Source of the DNA: a virus | Taxonomy: Duplodnaviria; Heunggongvirae; Uroviricota; Caudoviricetes | IMG/VR virus record: IMGVR_UViG_3300044878_000087 | Coordinates: 2,432-66,431 of that record | Reading direction: 5' to 3' (one strand) | DNA: 64,000 bases | Shown: positions 8,179-15,457 of the stretch, one piece after another | How the letters are laid out: each line of letters starts with the position of its first letter | Numbering within the stretch: position 1 is the first letter of the stretch | Made by a program: the position numbers and the translations under genes | The notes under the pieces: model-generated | Told to the model about the DNA's origin: nothing | Seen by the model: the letters and a program-made list of their open reading frames with translations, nothing else | Database searches by the model: none

Positions 8179-8655
8179 TCACTGGTTACCGCTCATCCAA
8201 GGTGGATAGACAACTACCACCTTGTTTGGAATCTTTAATGAAGCTTCTTCGATCATCTCTGAAACGATATCAAAGTCTAGACCACCATTACCACAACCCA
8301 GTGGCGGTAGTACGAGTTTCCAGGCAGGATTGATTTGGTCTTCTTCTTCCCCGATGTTATCTACCAACCATTGTAAACCCATAGCGACGTATTCATAAGT
8401 CGATGGATTCTTCCAGTTCTCTTTGGTCGGGAACATTAGGTACTTCTTACCATCAGTGCCTTCATATAAAGCTGGATGTCCGATACTGATGCAATGCATC
8501 TTGCAATCGTGTTTGTATCGGAGGAACAGATCATGATGATTTTCTGCGAATGATTTAGCGACACCTGCGCCCATCACTCCGATTGTGTTTACTGTGACGA
8601 CGTAAAGATCTCCAGGTTCTTTGAAGACATCTTTACCGATTATAAATTCAGCCAT
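8179..8655 (-). CDS. macrodomain ADP-ribosyl hydrolase (TARG1/DarG/Poa1p-like)
   Basis: GKDVF, VNTIGVMGAGVAKSF, FPTKENWKNPS and PPLGCGNGGLDF motifs. Confidence 0.88.
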   Translation of the reverse strand: MAEFIIGKDVFKEPGDLYVVTVNTIGVMGAGVAKSFAENHHDLFLRYKHDCKMHCISIGHPALYEGTDGKKYLMFPTKENWKNPSTYEYVAMGLQWLVDNIGEEEDQINPAWKLVLPPLGCGNGGLDFDIVSEMIEEASLKIPNKVVVVYPPWMSGNQ

Positions 8656-8724
8656 TGAACCGGCTCCCATGAAAGTTGAGTTAATGGAGGGACCGGAGCG
8701 ATCCCTCTCATTAGATTGAGTTGA

Positions 8725-8895
8725 TTATTTTTTCAACTCATTCGCCAACTTCAGAGAACCCAGCGCAATGGCCAGTCCAACGGTAACAATGCTACCTGCA
8801 GCAGCTACGAACTTCAAACGAGAGGTCTGAAGATCGATGTCTTTTGCAGACATTGCTTTCTTTGGGTTGTTGGTGAAGATGCCTGCGATGTTCAT
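8725..8895 (-). CDS. 56 aa peptide with C-terminal TM helix
   Basis: Manual: MNIAGIFTNNPKKAMSAKDIDLQTSRLKFVAAAGSIVTVGLAIALGSLKLANELKK; ATGA overlap. Confidence 0.65.
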   Translation of the reverse strand: MNIAGIFTNNPKKAMSAKDIDLQTSRLKFVAAAGSIVTVGLAIALGSLKLANELKK

Positions 8896-9281
8896 TGGTG
8901 TGCCTTAAGCTCGTTGCGTTGTTGGTTGAGGATACGGATCACACGGTCAGGACCGACAAACCGTGCATGACCCAGCGAACCGACCATGCCTTGGATACGG
9001 AGACGGCATTGACGTACGTGACGCAGACAAGCCTGCTGCTGTATCCAGATCAGATCACGTATTTCCCGATCGGTCATATCCAGATCAAATTGTTCCAGAT
9101 CAGCTGCAGCCTTGTTGGCGACAGCCATAACACCTTTGGTGAAGCGGGTTGCTTTCTTACGAATGCGATCGCTTTTGGTACGCTCAGCGATTTTAAGCAT
9201 GGTACCGTAGCGACGGGCCAGACGGAACTGTTGCTTAACTTCCATACGCTCAACTGCTTGTTCACGATTAATGTAAGCCAT
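8892..9281 (-). CDS. basic helical hypothetical protein
   Basis: ORF 8892..9296; likely start MAYINRE. Confidence 0.7.
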   Translation of the reverse strand: MAYINREQAVERMEVKQQFRLARRYGTMLKIAERTKSDRIRKKATRFTKGVMAVANKAAADLEQFDLDMTDREIRDLIWIQQQACLRHVRQCRLRIQGMVGSLGHARFVGPDRVIRILNQQRNELKAHQ

Positions 9282-9361
9282 GTCGGTATTCCCCAAAAAG
9301 AAATCAGATCTAGTTTAGTTACCAGGGGTCCACGATCCTTAGACCATGAACCCTGAAGCGC

Positions 9362-9490
9362 TTACTTGCGCTTCTTAGCTTTAGCTTTTTGTTCAGCTTC
9401 CACAATGGCCTTAGCGGCATAGTGCGAGATTACACCGACGGCGGTGGCGATGGCAATACGTTTCGCCAGATCAATAACTGTATCTTTCAT
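9362..9490 (-). CDS. 42 aa cationic amphipathic peptide
   Basis: MKDTVIDLAKRIAIATAVGVISHYAAKAIVEAEQKAKAKKRK; AGGAG SD. Confidence 0.7.
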   Translation of the reverse strand: MKDTVIDLAKRIAIATAVGVISHYAAKAIVEAEQKAKAKKRK

Positions 9491-9515
9491 TGTGGAAACT
9501 CCTAAGCTGGGTGGA

Positions 9516-9680
9516 TTACTTCTTGAGGATGGTAGCGATACCGATGGCGCACAGGGCAACGATGCCACCGCTCACAGCCATCTGGGCTACGTCTTTCTTT
9601 TCAGCACGCGCTTCGTCGTACAGACCTTTAGCGTGAGCAGCACCGATCAAACCAAGAGCAGCGAGGCGAATAGCATTCAT
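9516..9680 (-). CDS. 54 aa two-helix membrane peptide
   Basis: Manual: MNAIRLAALGLIGAAHAKGLYDEARAEKKDVAQMAVSGGIVALCAIGIATILKK; GGAG SD. Confidence 0.7.
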   Translation of the reverse strand: MNAIRLAALGLIGAAHAKGLYDEARAEKKDVAQMAVSGGIVALCAIGIATILKK

Positions 9681-9712
9681 GATGTAACTCCATAACTTGA
9701 GGGGGGTGGTTT

Positions 9713-9749
9713 AGCACGTTTGTAATATAGCGGTTAAATCCGTTTCAAT
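9713..9749 (-). promoter_or_regulatory. early promoter
   Basis: ATTGAAA-N12-CTATATTAC-AAACGTGCT. Confidence 0.78.
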
Positions 9750-10129
9750 CAAGCCATGCGTTCAACAAGAACGCCTTCCGAGATTTCAACGTAGTTCTTT
9801 ACTGGAATGGTATTGTTCAGGAAACGCAACTGATGGCTATAGCCGATGAGTTGCATAGCCTTAGGAGCTTCTTCAAGCGTGATCATGCGACGTTTGAAAG
9901 CAGCCCGGTACACAGGCAGCCAACGGAATTCGAATTCGAGGGTAGAGCTTGCAGCAGTGTACGGCTTGTACGGGTTGAAGAACACCGGAGCCGAATCAGA
10001 GATCTTGCTGATGATGTTTGCAACTTCACGGTCAATGCGATCTTCTTCAGCACGGCGACCGCGGTTTGCGTATGCACGGTGAGCGAAATAAACAGCAGCG
10101 AGCAATACGCAGACGGCGATGATATTCAT
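9749..10129 (-). CDS. membrane-anchored protein, family A-like architecture
   Basis: MNIIAVCVLLAAVYFAH then charged helix. Confidence 0.7.
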   Translation of the reverse strand: MNIIAVCVLLAAVYFAHRAYANRGRRAEEDRIDREVANIISKISDSAPVFFNPYKPYTAASSTLEFEFRWLPVYRAAFKRRMITLEEAPKAMQLIGYSHQLRFLNNTIPVKNYVEISEGVLVERMA

Positions 10130-10164
10130 GTGTATCCCTTATCTTTAAATTTAATGTGTGCAGC

Positions 10165-10284
10165 TTACTTGATTTGCTTTTGTTTTGCAACCTGGGTGTC
10201 GATGGTTTTGATCACGGCTTTGGTGAGGTAGTGCGAAGCCGCAGTGATCAAGATTGCACGACCAATGGCGATAGCGAGTGGCAT
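10165..10284 (-). CDS. 39 aa cationic amphipathic peptide (paralog of 9362..9490)
   Basis: Manual: MPLAIAIGRAILITAASHYLTKAVIKTIDTQVAKQKQIK; AAGGAG SD. Confidence 0.7.
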   Translation of the reverse strand: MPLAIAIGRAILITAASHYLTKAVIKTIDTQVAKQKQIK

Positions 10285-10311
10285 TGTGTTGCTCCTTAGC
10301 TTGGGTAGAGA

Positions 10312-10461
10312 TTACTTGGCGTTACGTTTGGCATCTTGCTTGGCGCAGCGTTTTGCGGCATATTCGTTGGACCACATGCGCTTACCGATTTCATTGTTGA
10401 TCACCAGGATCACGCCGAATACAGCAACTGCTTTAGCCAGACCGATCAATTCGTTTTTCAT
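10312..10461 (-). CDS. 49 aa membrane peptide with basic tail
   Basis: Manual: MKNELIGLAKAVAVFGVILVINNEIGKRMWSNEYAAKRCAKQDAKRNAK; AAGGA SD. Confidence 0.7.
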   Translation of the reverse strand: MKNELIGLAKAVAVFGVILVINNEIGKRMWSNEYAAKRCAKQDAKRNAK

Positions 10462-10470
10462 GGGAGTTCC

Positions 10471-10665
10471 TTATGCGTTATTGGCGCTGATGGCTTTGAC
10501 GATAGTGAGGACACCGGCGAAGGTGATACCCATACCAACAGTTTCCACCACAATTGGGGGAACAGGTTTACCACATACTTTAACATCCACAACACCGGCA
10601 AAGAGAGTTTGGCCAGTATAAACAGCGGCAGCACCGATTGCAAGTTTGGTCATGAATGAAAGCAT
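10471..10665 (-). CDS. 64 aa two-helix membrane peptide
   Basis: AAGGAG SD; two hydrophobic segments. Confidence 0.7.
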   Translation of the reverse strand: MLSFMTKLAIGAAAVYTGQTLFAGVVDVKVCGKPVPPIVVETVGMGITFAGVLTIVKAISANNA

Positions 10666-10700
10666 AATGGAACTCCTTAGATTGTTTTATTGGGGGCTAT

Positions 10701-10737
10701 GTCACGATTGTAATATAGCCCTATAATTGTTTTAAAT
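10701..10737 (-). promoter_or_regulatory. early promoter
   Basis: ATTTAAA-N12-CTATATTAC-AATCGTGAC. Confidence 0.8.
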
Positions 10738-11054
10738 CATACTTCCGCAAGTATGATTAAGTGGCGATGTATAGCGTACATCTGTTTTAACCACTGACTC
10801 GATCGTTCTTGGTTGAACGATACGCGCAGATACCGGCGCTCTATGCGCTTGTGGGCAACACTGAGTTCTTCCAGAGCTTCGGTACGGGTGATCGTCTTAT
10901 TAAGCTGACGCTCACGAATGTCGTCGAACACCTGGGTGTATTCTTCAATGCACTTACCACACTCAGTTACCCGCATGCCGAGCTTTGCCATACCCCAAAC
11001 AAACAGAGCAGACAAACCGACTGTTGCGAGAACCATTGAATTATTCGTAGCCAT
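10737..11054 (-). CDS. membrane-anchored helical protein, family A
   Basis: N-terminal TM followed by helical domain; AAGGAG SD. Confidence 0.72.
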   Translation of the reverse strand: MATNNSMVLATVGLSALFVWGMAKLGMRVTECGKCIEEYTQVFDDIRERQLNKTITRTEALEELSVAHKRIERRYLRVSFNQERSSQWLKQMYAIHRHLIILAEV

Positions 11055-11080
11055 TTAAAGCTCCTTCGCCCACAGGCGGA

Positions 11081-11245
11081 TTAAAAGCCAAGCACTACAA
11101 AGGACATAACCAGGCTTGCTCCGAAGAGCAAGCCCAGTCGCTGAGGTGTAATCCAGAGAATATCTTTTTGTTGTGGCTCAGGTTCTTTGCCCTCAGCCAT
11201 GTTACGGTACCGATCGTTCAACGAATCATCGATGACATCGTTCAT
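11081..11245 (-). CDS. 54 aa tail-anchored peptide
   Basis: Manual: MNDVIDDSLNDRYRNMAEGKEPEPQQKDILWITPQRLGLLFGASLVMSFVVLGF; ATGA overlap with upstream stop; contains a hairpin. Confidence 0.5.
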   Translation of the reverse strand: MNDVIDDSLNDRYRNMAEGKEPEPQQKDILWITPQRLGLLFGASLVMSFVVLGF

Positions 11246-11562
11246 TCCGAATACCCCAGCAGTTTCTTCATACCGACACGATGTGCTTCAAAGAACGCCT
11301 GCTGTTCCTTTTTATCGGACAGACAGTAGTTCATATAAGCAGCCTGGAAACGATCGATAGCTACATCGATTTGTTTCTCAGCTTGTTGGCGGGACGAATC
11401 GCCATCCTGGAACTGTTTCTTGATCCGAGCCATTTCATCTTCCATGTCACGGAGGATGTCCGCGGCATGCTTGGAACGATAGTGGAGGCGGAAGCACGAA
11501 GCTGCGCACACCGTTACAACACTACCTACAAAACCAAGCACAACTTTCGATGCAATATCCAT
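11242..11562 (-). CDS. membrane-anchored helical protein, family A
   Basis: TM then RDMEDEMARIKKQFQDGDSSRQ. Confidence 0.75.
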   Translation of the reverse strand: MDIASKVVLGFVGSVVTVCAASCFRLHYRSKHAADILRDMEDEMARIKKQFQDGDSSRQQAEKQIDVAIDRFQAAYMNYCLSDKKEQQAFFEAHRVGMKKLLGYSE

Positions 11563-11587
11563 AAATCGATCCTTTTAGATGCGTAGA

Positions 11588-11624
11588 TTCACGTTCGTAA
11601 TATAGGCCTTTAAATGGTTTAAAT
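11588..11624 (-). promoter_or_regulatory. early promoter
   Basis: ATTTAAA-N12-CTATATTAC-GAACGTGAA. Confidence 0.8.
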
Positions 11625-12062
11625 CTACGTTTCGAACACGAAGCCTTCTATATCACCAGCGTCTGTGGTAATCGTAGTGCATTTAATAATGCTAGCTGGG
11701 ATCTGTGCTAGTGCTGGAGAAATGATCCGAAAGATGTTCTCGTAGTAATACAGGATGTGATCTGCGGGTACTGAATACCGTCCATCGAAATGATCACGGA
11801 GTTGGTGCATGAACCAATTGTACTGTTGATTGTTCTGTGTCAGATGAAAGTTGTGTCGTGCCATCAAATAAGCAGCAACCTTTGTGAAGAGATCATTGAT
11901 CACATGCATGTCAATAGAGACCAGTTCTTTAAGGCTACCCACCATGTTGTACGACCATACTTGTTCAATACGAACAAAGTGATTGATACCTAACATTCTA
12001 ATACCTGTCATAACTGCCTCCCCAACGGGAGGCGTTATGTCGTCAATTCGTTTTAGGGGCAT
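11625..12062 (-). CDS. conserved hypothetical protein at end of structural operon
   Basis: 145 aa, overlaps upstream gene. Confidence 0.7.
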   Translation of the reverse strand: MPLKRIDDITPPVGEAVMTGIRMLGINHFVRIEQVWSYNMVGSLKELVSIDMHVINDLFTKVAAYLMARHNFHLTQNNQQYNWFMHQLRDHFDGRYSVPADHILYYYENIFRIISPALAQIPASIIKCTTITTDAGDIEGFVFET

Positions 12063-13440
12063 CTGGATCTACAATGACCGGATCACCTTCTTTACGGTTA
12101 ATGAACACACCGAGGGTTACGATACCAACGTGAGATGATACTTCCACGTTAGAGTCTTGTTGTCCTCGCTGCTCGTCTACACCTAATAATACACCATTGT
12201 AAGTTTCTACAAGGTTATCATTAATAGTCATAAACTTAACCGGCATTCCAGGGAACAGTAAATCAGAATCACCATGATACCACTGCAACTTCAGAAACAT
12301 CCCACGTCTACGTGCCATCTCTGAGTAATGCTTGAACGGGTTAGACGTAGCTCGATCGTAAGCCCACCGAACGTTGTTCATACCCGATTCCAATAACCCA
12401 GTCGATACCTCGAATATGTTACTGGCTCGGTCTACTAGTGTACGGTTATCCTTAGCTGTGCCAAAGCCCCCCATAAGCTTGTTGACGTCACCAAACCGTA
12501 AACCGTTACCTTGTTTCAGGTTATCGGCTAAACCGTTGTCTAGCGAGCTTGCATCGCCTGTAGCGAGTACTGTGACGTGTTGCTCATCTACTTTAAAGGT
12601 TCGCTCAGCACCTTGATACCGATCGTTAGGAACGTTGATCAGTTTCAGTACCTTGGCATTCTTCTTGTAACGGGTAGAATCGTACAGTGGATAGATGTAC
12701 CAGTATTGATTTTGGAGATAACGACCGAAGCCTGTAGGGTAAACCCCACCTTCTTCTTCCTGGATGTAATGGGGAACGTCTTTCAACATTATCCCATCGG
12801 GGAAGTCCATCACCGTACGGATCTCTTGGTTATAACCTTCCACGAAGTTGATACCTTTAATGCGCTTGGCATCTTGAGTACCGACATCACCCATCGTTGA
12901 CGCTAACACTTCTTGGATAGCCATCATCGTAGTACATTGACGCAAGCCATTACCATAAGACATCATGTTCACACGGAAAGCAGATTCTTCAATGAGCTGT
13001 ACCGCTACGGACATCATCCCGAGTTGGTTCAACGATTCACGAGAGCTGGTTTGTGCGTTCTTGTTGGTTACGGAGTTGTTGAACTGTGTCATTAACACAG
13101 CTCGGTAACGTTTGACTTCAGACTTGCGTGTGGTGTCCATGGAGTTCGAGTTATACTTCAAAGGAACGTATACGACTTCGCACATCAGGTTATCCCGATT
13201 AGGTACAACGTCGTATTGGAAATCCCCTTGCTGCATCATGAACTGAAGCATGCGACGATCAGAGAACTGCTGTGGGTCAGCGTAGTTTCGACTCAGTGAT
13301 TCGAACTCGATCTTCTGTGGTTTGATCCAGGTTGTTTCTTTAACGATCAGTTGAGCATCGATGCGCCATCCCGAGTTACCTTCACCGTTATCTCGGATGT
13401 CATCCACTTCTCGCATGAGTAGCGTATTATCAACAGACAT
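12043..13440 (-). CDS. virion structural protein, probable baseplate hub (phiKZ gp101-like)
   Basis: 465 aa; C-terminal GDSDLLFPGMPVKF resembles hub/late-control-D proteins; synteny. Confidence 0.6.
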   Translation of the reverse strand: MSVDNTLLMREVDDIRDNGEGNSGWRIDAQLIVKETTWIKPQKIEFESLSRNYADPQQFSDRRMLQFMMQQGDFQYDVVPNRDNLMCEVVYVPLKYNSNSMDTTRKSEVKRYRAVLMTQFNNSVTNKNAQTSSRESLNQLGMMSVAVQLIEESAFRVNMMSYGNGLRQCTTMMAIQEVLASTMGDVGTQDAKRIKGINFVEGYNQEIRTVMDFPDGIMLKDVPHYIQEEEGGVYPTGFGRYLQNQYWYIYPLYDSTRYKKNAKVLKLINVPNDRYQGAERTFKVDEQHVTVLATGDASSLDNGLADNLKQGNGLRFGDVNKLMGGFGTAKDNRTLVDRASNIFEVSTGLLESGMNNVRWAYDRATSNPFKHYSEMARRRGMFLKLQWYHGDSDLLFPGMPVKFMTINDNLVETYNGVLLGVDEQRGQQDSNVEVSSHVGIVTLGVFINRKEGDPVIVDPDAPKTN

Positions 13441-13444
13441 TTAA

Positions 13445-14020
13445 TTACTCCAACATGTATCGTTCAATTTGGTCAACCATCGAATTGTAAGGCTTGAGCT
13501 GACCACCCTGTTGCATACGTTCACGAGCTTGCTTATCAGCACCAGCCAAGTTACGACGACGGTTCATACGAGCGATACCATCAAAGATACGAGAAGCTTG
13601 TTCACGATCCTTAGGCGATAACCGTTGTGCTTCGGAGTGCATCTCCAGTGCTACACGTTCTAACAAACGCATGTCTTCGATTGGAGGGAATGCGTCTGAT
13701 GGATAACCACCATAAGTCATGTCCAACCAATTACGAAAGTGCTCCTGGATATCTGAGTACATCTGGACACAGTCCCAACGATTCAGAATAGTGAACGAAT
13801 AGCCCTCATCGATAATCATCGCTAACCCAGCACATGTCTGTTTAACATCCACGAGTTGGTTCATGCGAAGCTTGTCGAGTTTCTTATCCCCGGAGATACC
13901 TACGTAGTTCGTACGGAGATATTCAGCGGAGTATTGAGCGAGGGTTGGGATCTGTACATGGAACCTTAAGTTCCAAATCCGCCAAGCGGCGGTGTTACGG
14001 GTGATCAGTGCCTTTTCCAT
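13445..14020 (-). CDS. conserved phiKZ-like protein (gp100-like)
   Basis: 191 aa; synteny. Confidence 0.6.
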   Translation of the reverse strand: MEKALITRNTAAWRIWNLRFHVQIPTLAQYSAEYLRTNYVGISGDKKLDKLRMNQLVDVKQTCAGLAMIIDEGYSFTILNRWDCVQMYSDIQEHFRNWLDMTYGGYPSDAFPPIEDMRLLERVALEMHSEAQRLSPKDREQASRIFDGIARMNRRRNLAGADKQARERMQQGGQLKPYNSMVDQIERYMLE

Positions 14021-14027
14021 GATTTAC

Positions 14028-15455
14028 CTACATTGCGTACTTCAGCAATGCGATGACCACCGGGTAGTAGTAGAACCGTTCTAGGTTGTCCCAATACCGG
14101 ATGTTCTCCAGCAATGCATCAAATTGTTTTTTATCGATCTCTTCGCCACGAATCATTGTTGTTGTAACCATCTCCAGTTTAGACTGTAGGTGTGTATCAC
14201 AACGATAGAACGATTCTGTAAAGACGTAGAAGTTGTCACGAACGACAGGATGAATGTCAGCAGGGATTCGATACTCTTGCCCTACGTAATTCCGTTCGTC
14301 TTCTGGTTTAACCCGACGGAACCATTCTAAGTCTCGTTCGAGTTGTGTTTGGTGTGGACCTGGTAGTGGACGTCGTGGTTGACCTTCGTGGAATGGAATC
14401 CCCCAAGGACGTGCACGGTCTTCTCCATCGTACTGTGAATCTACATCAGTCGGTGCTTCCATAGGGAATACAAACCGTGGGATACCTGAGTAACCGATTG
14501 CTTGCAGTTCTGGCCGCCACCGAGAGATTTTAGTGGACACTAGTTGACACCGTTCAGTAGAGTCAGTGATCTTATCCATATCGTGACGGACAATAGCATC
14601 CCAGATAGTCGGTTGAGACATCACAGGCTCAGACATTACGTTAAGCAGTTTCACTTTACGCATACGACCATCAGTTTGCGTATCGACCATCTGAACGAAT
14701 GCTTTGGTTACCCAATGGTCATACGTCTTGTACAGTTGATCTGGTACGAGGAACGTGGAGTGTTCCTTAGAGAAGAAGTCAGTGATATAACGATCTACCA
14801 ACGTACGGAGTAACTTACCGTACATCGTGCTACGGGCTTGTTCTTCGTTCGATACGAAAGGACCACAACCGGAGTTAGCCGAAGCAGCAGAGAACCAATA
14901 CTCTTCTTCAGACTTACGCTTCAAGTCATTGTATCGTTCTTCTGTCAGCTCACTGACTTGTTTCCATTCAATAGCGAAAGTAGATCCGCTTTGAATAGTT
15001 ACACGCTTAGCCGAAGTAACTGTGAACAGACCAGTCCGACCATTACCGATGCCAGCAGCAAACATGTCACCCTGGTTAGGAGTCATGAAGCCGTAAGTGT
15101 GACCACCACCCGTCCGTGTCCAAACGTTGATCGTATCATCCGAGCTACCATCCAGAGTCTGGTTAACTTTAATCGGAATACGTTTCAACCAGCGGTACTG
15201 TTGTGCGTGTGGTTCACGGTTGACGTTCTGCGGCGTAGGTTCTTGGTTAGGCTTCAGGATCTGAGACCAATAGTCCACGATCCAATTGGAACCAGAAGTC
15301 CATTGCATTAGGTGTGAAGGAGGAGCGTACTCCTTATCGATAGTGATACCCCGGAATACTTCCGCTTCAATACGGACAGCATCCTTCGGGACCTCACCCT
15401 GCCCAGGCTCATAACAGATCTCACCTGGGTCTTTGATTTGTTCTACGATAGGCAT
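14028..15455 (-). CDS. virion structural protein (phiKZ gp99-like)
   Basis: Start MPIVEQ with GAGG SD; C-terminal LERFYYYP; synteny. Confidence 0.65.
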   Translation of the reverse strand: MPIVEQIKDPGEICYEPGQGEVPKDAVRIEAEVFRGITIDKEYAPPSHLMQWTSGSNWIVDYWSQILKPNQEPTPQNVNREPHAQQYRWLKRIPIKVNQTLDGSSDDTINVWTRTGGGHTYGFMTPNQGDMFAAGIGNGRTGLFTVTSAKRVTIQSGSTFAIEWKQVSELTEERYNDLKRKSEEEYWFSAASANSGCGPFVSNEEQARSTMYGKLLRTLVDRYITDFFSKEHSTFLVPDQLYKTYDHWVTKAFVQMVDTQTDGRMRKVKLLNVMSEPVMSQPTIWDAIVRHDMDKITDSTERCQLVSTKISRWRPELQAIGYSGIPRFVFPMEAPTDVDSQYDGEDRARPWGIPFHEGQPRRPLPGPHQTQLERDLEWFRRVKPEDERNYVGQEYRIPADIHPVVRDNFYVFTESFYRCDTHLQSKLEMVTTTMIRGEEIDKKQFDALLENIRYWDNLERFYYYPVVIALLKYAM

Positions 15456-15457
15456 TG

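Noticed and set aside
5751-11624. Repeated ~37 bp motif considered as CRISPR repeats or integron attC sites
   Set aside because: Spacing is 0.9-2 kb with whole genes between, copies are degenerate and non-palindromic, the core matches the phiKZ early promoter, and no cas or integrase gene is in the window
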